Assembly (NCBI RefSeq): GCF_004010195.1 | Contig: NC_057719.1 | Coordinates: forward strand, 11,479,047-11,543,046 | Source: Chiloscyllium plagiosum | Lineage: Eukaryota | Length of the DNA: 64,000 nt | Direction: 5' to 3' | Part shown: in pieces, positions 50,013-62,214 of the stretch | Layout: each line of letters begins with the position of its first letter | Position numbering within the stretch: position 1 is the first letter of the stretch | Notes under the pieces: generated by a model | The model's input: only the letters and a program-made list of their open reading frames with translations | Database searches by the model: none | What the model was told of the DNA's origin: nothing | Program-made: the position numbers and the translations under genes

Positions 50013-50223
50013 GGAGAAAATGAGGACTGCAGATGCTGGAGATCAGAGCTGAAAATGTGTTGCTGGAAAAGCGCAGCAGGTCAGGCAGCATCCAAGGAAC
50101 AGGAGAATCGACGTTTCGGGCATAATCCCAATTCCTGAAGAAGGGTTTATACCCGAAACTTCGATTCTCCTGTTCCTTGGATGCTGCCTGACCTGCTGCG
50201 CTTTTCCAGCAACACATTTTCAG
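50013..50223. mobile_element. Palindromic PLE-derived insertion with a hammerhead core; 14-bp TSD
   Basis: TSD ttcttgaatcgaga at 49999-50012 and 50224-50237. Inverted arms ~50049-50129 and 50143-50223. CTGAAGA at 50135, GAAA at 50155. Confidence 0.92.
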
Positions 50224-50539
50224 TTCTTGAATCGAGAACAAAGATAACATCTTAAAATTAGAAATAACCCATTCGGGGTGTTCTCAGGAAACAGACCTTC
50301 TACCTGAAGATATGGTGCAAGTTGTGAAATTTGCTCTCCCAATGGGCTACCAGGGCTGAGAGCTCAATTGTACATTCTAAAACTGAGGAAGGTCAAATAT
50401 TGTAATGGCAGGACAACAACAGTTATCTAGCAGTACAGAATTTGAGTATTGCTGATTTAAAAAAATGATAAATACCATTGTAAAGGGGAAACAATATCTA
50501 TTCTGCATGAGAGGAAAGTGCCTATTGATTGACAAGTAG

Positions 50540-50925
50540 ACTATGAGTGATAGAGGTGTTGGACTAGTGACTGCACAAGTTAATGACAATTGACAGTTAA
50601 CTGCCAAGCTCTGTTTAAATTTTGAACAAGGTCATTTGATTCTGGTCATTGCATTGGCTGGTGATAATCATTCATTTTTCACAATAATGCCTTGCCCATT
50701 CAGACTGGCACTACCTAGTTTAAAATGTAAACAAAGCTTGGCAGTTAACTGTCTGTCATCACTGGTGCATTCTTCATGGGAATACCTCTACCAACCGAGA
50801 TGACTTGCCAACCAATCAGCTCTCTTACATAGTTTATTGTATAACACTGATAATCTTGCAAATTGTCCTGACGAATGCAAGATGAACGGCTTCAATGAGT
50901 TATGTCTTTTTTCAGCAATATTAAG
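50540..50925 (+). mobile_element. Repeat with an internal inverted repeat and a 3' hammerhead-like motif (family 2)
   Basis: Inverted arms 50592-50627 and 50718-50753 (19 bp perfect). ttgtc-CTGACGA-atgcaagat-gaac-ggct-tc near 50863-50893. Confidence 0.65.
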
Positions 50926-52272
50926 AGCTACAGTATCAAATCAAATTGATGGAGTTACAAACAGATCAACTAGGATCTAACTGGATTACCCATCAGGCTG
51001 AATGGCCTCTACCTTTAGCTGTGTTACAATGATATCATTTCAATATTCAAATTTGGCTGGCTGTACTTCCAGGTGAAGATTCAATGATCCCCAAAACCTT
51101 TTACTACATGCCAGAAATCACAAAAGTGATATATCTAAATTCAAGTATTATTATTTGTTGTGAGAATTAAAACAGTATCCCCAATGCAATACTGTTCACA
51201 CCCACCATAACCACCAGTTAGCCTCCCCGAAAAATGACTTAATTGTCTTATAATACAATGAGGTAAATATTGCGCTGAAGCGTTGCAACAACTGCCAGTC
51301 GCAGCACAAACTCTTCTATAAATAGAGAGACAATGAAAGAACTACAAGTTTTGAATCCTCCAGTTCATGAATCACACCTCAGCCCGGGGACTGGATGCGC
51401 TGCTTATTTCCCAACTAACCACTTGTTCCAGTTAAATCGATGACTGGGGAAATGTTCAGTGCAAACCCTATTTTGAGAACAGTTTGTTGGTCTCACATTA
51501 TTCACCACATCCACTGACAAATGGCCGCTTTCTCTTTTATTACTCAGCTGTGATGTTCTTCCAGTTGTGGTCACAGTAAGGATGACTGGCACAATGCATT
51601 CTATAATAGAATCATTGGCCAGGATTTTATTGCAGCTATTGATCATCCATGTTTCTTTTGAGTGAAGACATGCACAGACTCGTCTCCTTTAGTCAAAGGG
51701 GAATCTAATCTATAATTAAAAATACTAAGAATCTACTGATGACCATGAAGCCATTGTCAATTGTTGGAGAAGCCTATCTGACTCACAAATATCCTGAAGG
51801 AAGAAAAGCTGCCATGCTCACCCAGTCTGGCCTACATGTAACTCCAGGCCCACAGCAATGTGGTTGACTCTCAATTGTCCTCTGAATTGTCCTAGCAAGC
51901 CACTCAGTTATGTCAATCACTACAAAATCTCAACAAAGTCTCAACTCTCGCTATAAAGAAATGAAACCCGACAGACTACCTGGCATTGATCTCGGCACCA
52001 GAAAAGACAACAGCCCTTCAAAGTCCTCCTAACTAACATCCAGTGCCAAAATTGGGAGACCTATCACACAGACCAGTCAGGCAACAGCTCGACACAGTGG
52101 AATCACACCTTACAGACAATGTCCCAGACACCATCATCACCATCCTGGATATGTCCAGTCCCATTGGCAGGACAGACCCAGCAGAGGTGTCAGCACGGTG
52201 GTATACATTCGGGAAGGAGTTGCCCTGAGAGTCCTCAAATTATCTCTGGGCCCATGAAGTCTCATTACCGCA

Positions 52273-53465
52273 TAGAGTCATAGAGATGTACAGCGTGGAA
52301 ACAGACCCTTCGGTTCACCTAATCCATGCCGGCCAGATATCCCAACCTAATCTAGTCCCATTTGCCAGCACTTGGCCCATATCCCTCCAAACCTCCCGCC
52401 CCAATCATATACCCATCCAGATCCCCTTTAAATATTGCAATTGTACCAACCTCCACCACTTCCTCTGGCTGCTCATTCCATACACACACCACCCTCTGCA
52501 TGAAAAAGCTGCCCCTTAGGTCTCTTTTATATCTTGCCCCTCTCACCCTAAATCTATGCCCTTTAGTTCTGGACTCCCCACCCCAGGGAAAAGACCTTGT
52601 CTATTTGCCCTACTCATGCCCTTCATGATTTTATAAACATCTATAAGGTCACCCCTCAACCTTCGACGCTCCAGCCTATTCAACCTCTCCCTATAGCTCA
52701 AATCCTCCAACCCTGGCCATCCTCCAAACCTCCAATCCTTGTAAATCTTTTCTGAACCAGAATTGCACGCAATATTCCAAAATTGGCCTAACCAATGTCC
52801 TGTACAGCCGCAAATGACCTCCCATCTCCTATTCTCAATGCTCTGACCAATAAAGGAAAGCATACCAAATGCCTTCTTCACTATCCTATCTACGTGCGAT
52901 TCCACTTTCAAGGAGCTATGAACCTGCACTCCAAGGTCTTTTTGTTCAGCAACACTCCCCAGGACCTTACCACTAAGAGTATAAGTCCTGCTCTGACTTG
53001 CTTTCCTAAAATGCAGCACCTCACATTTATCTAAATTAAACTCATTTGTCACTCAGCCCATTGGCCCATCTGATCTAGATCCTGTTGTAATCTGAGGTAA
53101 CCTTCTTTGCTGCCCAATACACTTCCAATTTTGGTGACATCTGCAAACTTACTAACTATACCTCTTATGCTGACATCCAAATTATCTATATAAATTATGA
53201 AAAATAGTGGACACAGCACCAATCCTTGTGACACTCCACTCGTCACAGGCCTCCAGTCTGAAAAACAACCTCCATCACCACCCTCTGTATTCTACCTTCA
53301 AGCCAGTTCTATTTCCAAATGGCTAGTTCTCCCTGTATTTCATGAGATCTAACCTTGCTAATCAGTCTCCCAAGGGAACCTTGTCAAATTCCTATTGAAG
53401 TCCATATAGATTACGTCCACCACTCTGCCCTCATCAACCCTCTTTGTTACTTTTTCCAAAAACCT
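52273..53465 (-). mobile_element. 5'-truncated CR1 (HER1-like) LINE
   Basis: TSGVSQGLVLCPLFFIIYIDNL, SKFADVTKIG and EFNLDKCEVLHF; (tatgactc) tail. Confidence 0.92.
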
Positions 53466-54097
53466 CAGATTAAACCTTGGCTTAGGAAATCTTCTGATTA
53501 CGACATGCTACCCTCCCTTCACTGATGAATCAGTACTCCTTCATATTGAACAACGCCTGGAGAAAGCACTGATGGTGACAAGGGCACAGAATGTACTCTG
53601 GGTGGATGATTTCAATGTCCACCACCAGAGTGGCTCGGCAGCATTACTACAGATCAAGCTGGTTGGGTTCTAAAGGACATAGCTGCTAGACTGAGTGTGT
53701 GACAGACGGTGAGGGAACCAACAAGAAGAAAAAACATATTTGACCTCATCCTGACAAATCTGACAGCTGCAGAAGCATCTGTCCATGACGTAAGAGTGAC
53801 TACCATACAATGTTTGTGGAGATGAAGTCCCACCTTCACATTGAGAATAATTTTGATTGTGTTGTTTGGTACTATCATCATGCTAAATGGAGGGGGGGAC
53901 TTCAAACAGATCCAGCAGCTCAAGACTGGGCATCTATGAGGTGTTGTGGGCCAACTGTAGCAGCAGAATCATACTATAGCACAATCTGCAACCTTATGGC
54001 CCAGCATATTCCCCACTCAACCATTACCATCAAGCCAGGAGATCAACCCTGGTTCAATGGACAGTGCAGAGGGCACGTCAGGAGCAGAACCAGGCAT

Positions 54098-54209
54098 GAG
54101 CTAAAAATGTGTTGCTGGAAAAGCGCAGCAGGTCAGGCAGCATCCAGGGAACAGGAGAATCGACATTTCGGGCATAAGCCCTTCTTCAGGAATGAGAAGG
54201 GTTCCATCT
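54098..54209 (-). mobile_element. PLE-derived short insertion with a hammerhead motif; 25-bp flanking duplication
   Basis: gcacgtcaggagcagaaccaggcat at 54073-54097 and 54210-54234. Minus strand reads cctgaagaagggcttatgcccgaaatgtcgattc. Confidence 0.9.
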
Positions 54210-56749
54210 GCACGTCAGGAGCAGAACCAGGCATACCTAACAATGAGGTGTTAACCTAATGAAGCTAACAAACGTGACTATTTGAATCCCAAACAGCATA
54301 AACAGCAAGTGATAGACACAGCTAAATGATCCACAACCAACAGATCAGATCTAAGCTCTACAGTCCTGCCACATCCAGTCATGAATGGTGGTGGACAATT
54401 AAACAACTCACTGGAGGAGGAGGCTCCACAAATATCCCCATCCTCAATGATGGAAGAGCCCAGTACATTACTGCAAAAGATGAGGCATTTGCAACCATCT
54501 CAGCCAGAAATGCCAAGTGGATGATCCACCTCAACCTCTTGCAGTGGTCCCCAGCATTACAGATACCAGTCTCCAGTCAATTCAGTTCAATCCACGTGAT
54601 ATCCAGAAACAGTTGGAGACACTGGATACTGCAAAGACTATGGATCCTGACAACATTCTGGCAATAGGACTGAAGACTTGTGCTCCAGAACTTGCCACAT
54701 CCTAACGAAGCTGTTCTAGTATATTTACAAGACTGGCATTTACCCAACAATGTGTAAAATTGCCCAGATATGTCCTGTACATAAAAAGCACGACAAATCC
54801 AACCTAGCCAGTTACTGTCCCATCAGTCTACTGTCAATCATTAGTAAAGTGATGGAAGGGATCATCAACAGTGCTATCTAGCAGCACCTGCTCAGCAATA
54901 ACCTGCTCAGTGATGCCCAGTTTGGGTTCCACCAGGGCCACTCAGCTCCTGACCTCCTTACAGTCGTGGTTCAAACATTTACATAAGAACTAAATTCCAG
55001 ACATGATGTGAGAGTAACAGACCTTCACGTCAAGGTCACATTTGACTGAGTGTGGCATTAAGGAGCCCTAGCAAACCTGGAATCAATGAGTATCGGGGGT
55101 GGGGTTGGGGGGGGGGGGGGGGTATGCTTTATGCTGGTTGGAATCCTGGCACATGTTTGTTGGAGATCAGTCATCTCGGTTACAAGGAAATCATCAGAAT
55201 GGTGTTCTAAGCTCAACCATCTTCAGCTGCTTCATCAATGACCTTCTCTCCATCATAAGGTCAAAAGTGGATATGTTCACCTATGGTTGCACAAGTTCAG
55301 CAACATTCATGACTCTTTAGATAGTGAAGCAGCCCATGATCAAATGCAATAATATCCCATACTATCAACATCCTTGGGATTGCTGAAACTCAACTGGAAT
55401 CATCACATAAACACAGCAGCAACAAGAACAGGTCAGAGGCTCGGAATACTGTGGTGACTGGCTCAGCTCCTGATTCACAAGCCATCTTCACAGCATAAGT
55501 CAGGATTGTGATGGAATACACCCACCTACCTGAATGGGTGTAGCTCCAATCCTCAAGGACAAAGCAGCCTGTTTGATTGGCACTTTATCCATAAACATCC
55601 ACTCCCTCTACCACCAATGCTCAGTAGCAACAGTATTTACCGTCTACAAGGTGCACTGCAGAAATTCACCAAAGATTCTTAGACAGCACCTTCCACACCC
55701 ACAAACATTTCCATTTGGAAGGACAAGAGCAGCAGGTATATGGGAACACCACCACCTTCAAGTTCCCTGCCTCATCACTCACCATCTTGATTTGAAAATA
55801 TATCACTGTTCCTTCACTGGGATGAAATCCTGGAATTCCCTCCCAAAGACCATTATGGGTCAACCTGCAGCAAATGGACTGCATTGGTCAAGAAGGCAGC
55901 TCACCACCACCTTCTCAAGGGCAACGAGAGATGGGTAATAAATGCTGGCCCAGCCAGCAATACCCACAACTGAGTAAAAGAAGTAACAAAATGTAAAGTT
56001 GTCATAATCCTAGTGGACTGGACTGTAGGACTGCTCTATTATTAGAGAGAGGGAGAACTGGTTGTAGTTTAACCTGAGGGTCACAATGCCTCTAGAATGT
56101 GGTGACTTTCTCATTAGGAAATGGTGAGTTGCCAGTTAAGGGTGATTACAGCTTGTTCACACCTCATTAATGTCACAACTCACCTCATTAGTGTTCAGCT
56201 TTCTATCTTACCGAACACACCAAACAAATTAATGGAAGTCAGAGCGGTTGCCTGGCACCAGGCAAGGGGTGAGGTTGAGAGGGAGAGTCTTTCTCGGTAA
56301 CCTCAGTCAGTGCAAGAATTGATCCTGTTAATGTTACTCTGCATTGCCAATCAGCCAACCAAGCTAACTGACACCCCCACAAAGTTCATTATGCAACATT
56401 TTAATACATTCAACAAAAGAAATACCCTCAATCAGCAATCTAGCAAACCACAAAACACTTAAAACAAGACAAACCATTAACAGATCCAGACCCTTCATTC
56501 AAACACTTTGTCATAGCTACTCCCATAGAATGATGAAAAGACACAGATTGACTTGGAGATTTTTGCTGTACCAGCCAGCCATACCAACTGGATAGAAGTG
56601 TAGGGATATATACCTAAGGTTGTACCCGCAACCATAAAGTATTTCTACCTACAGGTTTCTCATGGCCTGTATTTATTTGTCTATTTGTTAGTACAGGTTC
56701 TGTCTCGATAGGTTAAATCACAAGACAGTGCACCAGTAACAGGCATACA

Positions 56750-57240
56750 TGCTCACCAATCAGGTGCAAGAGGAGGCCATTTATCCCTTCAAGCCTGCTC
56801 TCCCATTCAATAAGATGATGGCTTATCTGATTGTGGCCTTGACTCCACTTTCCTCCCTCTCTCCTATAGCCTCTGTTCTACTAACAGTCGAGAATCTACA
56901 AACCTCTACCTTAAAAGTATTCAGTGATCCTGCTGATACTCCTCTCTAGGATATTTGGCTCCACAGACTCATGACCCTCTAAGAGCAATAATTTCTCATC
57001 ATCTCTGTTTTAATTGGATGACCACTAAATTTGGTGTTGTTTAGTCCTCAACTCTACCACAAGAGGAAACATGTCTTCCAGCAGCACTCTGTCAAGTCCC
57101 CTCAGGATGTTATATGTCTCAGTAAGATCGCCTCTCATTCTCCTAAACTCCAGTGGGGATAAAACCAAATTGTCCAACCTCTCCTCACAATATAACCTCC
57201 CCGTCCCATGAATCAATGGAATGGGCCTTCTCTGAGCTGC
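56750..57240 (-). mobile_element. Old CR1 LINE 3' end
   Basis: LEFRRMRGDLTETYNILRGLDRV on the minus strand. Confidence 0.8.
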
Positions 57241-57800
57241 TTCATGTTAATATGTCCATATTCATCAACGAAGTCAATACTTGAAGAGAGTCCTCAGTAC
57301 TGTGTTAGCATTTCTTTGTGAGACAAACCAGTCTTGACTATGCTGCAAGTTACTAAAATCAGATGTGCAGACAAATTCGGAGTATCCCCACCCTGAAACC
57401 AAATTGTGTCTTGAGTCACACCCCATACCGCCCCCTCCTCAAAAATCAGGGCAAATGTGTTTCGCAGCCCACTTTTCCCATTCAGTCTTTCAGCATCACT
57501 CCCTTTGTCTACCTTACTCTCTGTCTCCCCTGACTATAGTTACAGAGTATTTCTCTCCACAGCTAGCTTGTATCAGTATGTCTTGTTCAGTTGTTTCAGT
57601 TCATTTCATCTGAATTCATTATTTCCACAGAGAATGCAGCCCATATTGTTTTGATTTATAACATTAAGGATGGAACTGCTTTCTTTGTAAAAAGATGGGA
57701 CTTGCTGGGTTAATTGCATGTAAGCAGAAAGCTGCGAGTTCACTGAACGGCTGTCCGCCAAACCCAGAATTCATGAATCTCCAGCAATCTATTGGACACA

Positions 57801-57819
57801 GGGCGCCCCTTGGTGGTCA
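57801..57819 (-). promoter_or_regulatory. Candidate CTCF site
   Basis: Minus strand TGACCACCAAGGGGCGCCC is close to the CTCF core CCACCAGGGGGCGC and lies in non-repeat sequence. Confidence 0.5.
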
Positions 57820-57879
57820 GATTCTGTAATGTATGAACCAAGTTCGCAATATCAAACCACTGAGCTTCACTCGCCCAGG

Positions 57880-58830
57880 CAAGTAGAGTATTCCTTCACA
57901 CTCCTAGTCTGTGCCTTGTACGTGGTAGACAAGCTGTTGGGAATCAAGAAGCGAATTACTCGATGCAGGATTCCTATTCTCTGACCTGCTCTTGCAGTCA
58001 ATATGTTGATGATTAGTCCAGTTCCATTTCTGGTTAACGGTAACCACCAAGATGTTGCTAATGTGTGCTGCAGCAATGATAATGCCATTGAATATCAAGG
58101 GACGATGGTTAGTTTTTCTCTCTGTTGGTGAAATTGTCATTGCCTGCAATATGTCTGGCCATTTGTCATTATCAGCCCAAGTCTGAACATTGGCCAGGTC
58201 CTACTGTATGCGGACATGGACCTCATTGGTATTTGAGAAGTCGCAAATGAGGCTGAACATTATGGAATCTTCAGCAAACATCCTGATTTCACTTCATGAG
58301 GGAAGAATGGTCATTCGTGAAGCAGCTGAAGATCATGGAACCCAGGAGACCACCCTGAGGAACTCCTGCATTGATTTTTTAATGCAAAAATATTCTTTAT
58401 TAATAAAAATATTTTTTTCTATATACTCTGTACAAACACGTTTTGGTTCTGTACAGTAGCATACTGTAAAAGCAAACAAACATGGAAAATGTTCAAGCAA
58501 ACTTGTGCCATCTCTTACACAAACCAGACAATACTTACAAGCACTTGAGGCAGCAGGAAGGTCTGAACAGACTCCCACTTCACTTCAGCAGGAAGACCTC
58601 AGACAGTGGTCTTTCCCCAGTGCGCCTTGGCAACAGCTGCTCCAGGCTTCTGTACCTCCCTCAGCATGTAGTCATGGACTTTGTGCCAGTATGAAATACT
58701 CAGTCGGAGTCAACTCCATGTTCTGGAAGACCAAGGAACCCCTACAGAGATGTCCTTGGACTGAGATGAGTGACTTCCAATGCTCTTAACTATCTTCCTT
58801 TTTGCTTGCCATGACTCCAACCAGTGCTGT
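57880..58830 (-). mobile_element. CR1-group LINE family B fragment hosting a Tx1 3' end
   Basis: TARAGQRIGILHRV...STTYKAQTRS on the minus strand; host sequence resumes near 58735. Confidence 0.75.
58375..58735 (-). mobile_element. Short Tx1-family 3' end (same family as 35.2-36.4 kb)
   Basis: Minus strand LVFQNMELTPTE...AKAHWGKTTV* parallels LTFQLKELTPTE...AKA at 36.05-36.18 kb; A-rich end. Confidence 0.75.
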
Positions 58831-60313
58831 GTATAATTTTGTTTACTACATTTTGGGAAGGATCACATTGGAGAGGGCATGGAGGAGATTTATGAGAATG
58901 TTACCGCTATGAGGGAAGATTGGATAGAGTGATATTGAGATTTTCTTTGAGACAGTGAAGACTGACGTTAGATTTATTTGAGGTGTGTAAAATTCTGATG
59001 GACCCAGATAGAGTTTTCCAGAGTAGACTGGGTCAATTACCCAGGATAAAATAATTGATGAAAAGATTAGAAACAAGTTGAGGCTTTTGTTTTCATCCAG
59101 TCAGTGATATCCAGTGTTTAGAACTCATTGCCTGAAAGCATAGCAGAGACAGAAATCCTAACTGCATTTAAAATTATTTACATATGTGCATGAGATATCA
59201 CAACCTCCAAAGCCATGGACCAAGAGTTGATAAATGGGATTAGTCTGGAGACTTGTTATTTTAAGGGCAGATATGATGACCTAAATGGTACCCTTCTTTG
59301 TAATAAATGTCTAAGATGCTTGTTAATGGCCCTTCAGAAGCTGATTGTTACCTTATCATTTAGATTCTGTGTTTTTGAATGTCTTGCTGTGTTTTTTACA
59401 ATTTTATATATTCCTTCACCTGTAAATACATCTGACAAGGTAGTTTAGCCTGCACGTCATCATCAGTTTTTATTTTATTCTTTGCCTCTCAGAATAGTGG
59501 AAGAACTTGGGTGACATCTTTCCACGAAGCAATCTGCTGTGATTCAGGGACAACTGTGAAACTGGAGCTCCATTAACCTAGAGAATAATGACAAGGGTTT
59601 TGGTTCTTATGGGGTTTGGTCTGCCCGTGTAAACTGATAGATTATAGTCCGAACAGCACATAGAGGATAACTCATGTTCACTCAATTACAATCGAAACCA
59701 AATTATAGGCAGGCCGCTTTGTGATCGATCATTTACTGACAACACAGGCCATTAATATCAAAACATCACTGGAGCAAAGGGCGATGGGAAGTTGGCCAAA
59801 ATCAGAAAGCATGTTGGGAAACTTAGTCAAGTTTAAAAGCTATTGTGGTTACTCTTGTCGCATCCAGTGATTCTGAGAAAGCTTTGCTGACTTTCAGAGC
59901 TCATTAGTTAATATCAACACGACAAACAGAGCATGACAAAGGCAGCTGTCTTCTCACACCATGAGAAAAGGTAGCAAGGGAGAGGACTGGCAGCCTGCTC
60001 TGTAATAACAAAAAAAAGAGGGTGGAACAGATATTTTAAAGTCTCCTTTTAAAGAGAAATATATGTATTAATTCATGGATGTCATTGGCAAGATGTGCAT
60101 TTATTGCTAATCCCTATTGCCCTTGAGAAGGTAGTGGTTAGCTGCTGCAGTCTGTGCAGTGGAAGTACTCCTGCAGGTTTTGTTTCGAAGTGACTTGATG
60201 CAGAACTAAACCCTCCATCTCCTGCAACAGCAAAATTGGTTATACTCAGTTTTGAATTGCAGTCCCTGGAATAAGGCTGTACTTCCAGCATGTTCATCTG
60301 AGAAAGTGGCATG

Positions 60314-60638
60314 TCATAGAGTCATAGAGATGTACAGCACGGAAACAGACCCTTCAGTCCAACCCGTCCATGCTGACCCGATATCCCGACCCAATCTAGT
60401 CCCACCTGGTCCATATCCCTCTAAACCCTTCCTATTCATATACCCATCCAAATGCCTCCTAAATGTTGCAGTTGTACCAGCCTCCACCACTTTCTCTGGC
60501 AGCTCATTCCATACACATACCACCCTCTGTGTGAAAAAGTTACCCCGTAGGTCTCTTTTATATCTTTCCTCTCTCACTCTAAACCTATGACCTCTAGTTC
60601 TGGACTCCACGAGGTCATAGGTTTAGGGTGAGAGAGGA
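60314..60638 (-). mobile_element. Short CR1 3' end with a fold-back duplication at its truncated 5' end
   Basis: ESRTRGHRFRVR...WNELPEKVVEAG. Inverted arms 60567-60594 and 60611-60638. Confidence 0.9.
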
Positions 60639-61038
60639 TCCTGAACTCCTTGCCAAGGGTTCAATCTCCTTTGTAAGCAATTAGCTGTCAGTGCCTGCCC
60701 CTTTACCTGCTCAGGGATTTTGTGTAGACATAGGGAAGGGAAGTAAGACATTTAGCCCCTTCTGCCTGATGATGGCTTCCAACTCTTCAATAATACTTGG
60801 GCAATCCCAGGAGAAAAGTCAAAATGTGTATGAAATAAAAATTGTGCTGCCTTAATTTCCTTTGAACACTTTTATTTATTAATTTTTAAAATGTTGGCAC
60901 TGGAGAGATGGTGCTGTAGTGGTAATATCACTGGACTATTAGCCCAGGCTTAATGTTGTGGGGCATGGGTTCAAATCTGGTGGAATTTAAATGCAATTAA
61001 CACATTTAGGATATTAAGTTAGTCTCAGTAATGATGAC

Positions 61039-61749
61039 TGTCTCAACTCACTGTAGTAGCACACTGGGAAGTCAAGCCCTACCATTCCTGAAGTTATCAC
61101 AAATGTTACTTTTAAAAGAAATATGCAAAGTCCCCAAACTACCTAATTTTCAGACCAGGATACGAGAAGGTACAGACGGTTTCTGTCTATAACACACAAT
61201 CTGTTGGGTTGGTGCTTGCTGATCTGAAGGCTTCTCTTCAACTTGTCCAAATGCTTCCACTGGTTTGTGAGAGGCACAGGGTGGCTGGTTCAGTTATGAA
61301 AGGTCTCCAATTAATCCAATTCCAAGTCACAACTTGCAACATCTACTGAGGGAAACAAAAGTTAGGTTCTCTCTGTTTAAAGAGGCTTACTGCAGAAACT
61401 GAGAGAACAAATTTCCAGCTATTACAGACCTACTGATTTCTCTTCTAGTCTGACAAAGCTTCTCTCTTTAAAGCTGTGCAGCTCTCTGACAACCAATGGA
61501 CAGGCAGAGGACCTTTGTCATTAATAATTGGTCTCTAATCCATAAACCAATCAGCTTCACTTATAAACAACTCTCCAGCTCCAATCCGTCTGCACACTGC
61601 TGGAACCCACAGCTACGCAAACAGGATTCATGATAGGTACCAAATTCCTTACTTTTGGAAAATGCAGCCACTCTTGTAAATCCTAATTCTTTTTCATTTC
61701 AGTCCACAGTTTTCAAAAGCACAAAAAATAAAACAACATGGTCTTGACA
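61039..61749. mobile_element. Probable solo LTR (TGTC...GACA termini) splitting a family-B SINE
   Basis: The SINE stops at ...gtaatgatgac (61038) and resumes at gtgaccatgag (~61753). No clean TSD. Confidence 0.5.
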
Positions 61750-62214
61750 GCAGTGACCATGAGAATTATCATCAATTACAGTAAAATCCCATCTTGTTCA
61801 CTAATGTCTTTTGGAGAAAGACTTCTACCATCTTTATCTGGTCTGACCTAGATGTGACTGGAGACTCATAGCAATAAGTGTGGTTGACTCTTATATGCCC
61901 TCTAAGATGGCCAGCCAGCTACCAACTACATTTGGGAATGGACAATACATGTAGTGAGGTTTACATCCATTGAAAATATAAAGAGGAAAGGATTTCAACT
62001 GGACTGGGGCTGACTTTGAGTCATTGTGAATTCTCTTACTCATACCCAGACATGTCTCACCTGAGCTATCTCATCAACACCCAGACTAAAGGCAAGGTGG
62101 ATTCACAAAACACATTGAATCTCAAATTTTAGACACAGAATTCAAATCAATTAATCTTTTCTGTCAAAGATGAGTTGTACAAATAAAATACAAGAGACCA
62201 CAGATACACAACAA

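Larger units (their letters stand above)
51960..55975 (+). mobile_element. Long CR1-group LINE ('family B', APE-RT), degenerate, interrupted by a CR1 and a PLE-derived insert
   Basis: PKLGDLSHR, LWVDDFNVHH, FDLILTN, PISLLSIISKVMEG and QFGFHQGHSAPDLL. 3' tail gcagctcaccaccaccttctcaagggcaac...aataaatgctggcc. Confidence 0.85.

Noticed and set aside
51540..51582. Possible micro-exon (ttactcag...gtaagg) and similar splice-like signals near 59490
   Set aside because: No recognisable protein similarity and no partner exons.
56093..56260. Possible MITE with gactt...aagtc ends
   Set aside because: The termini are too degenerate and there is no TSD to support a call.
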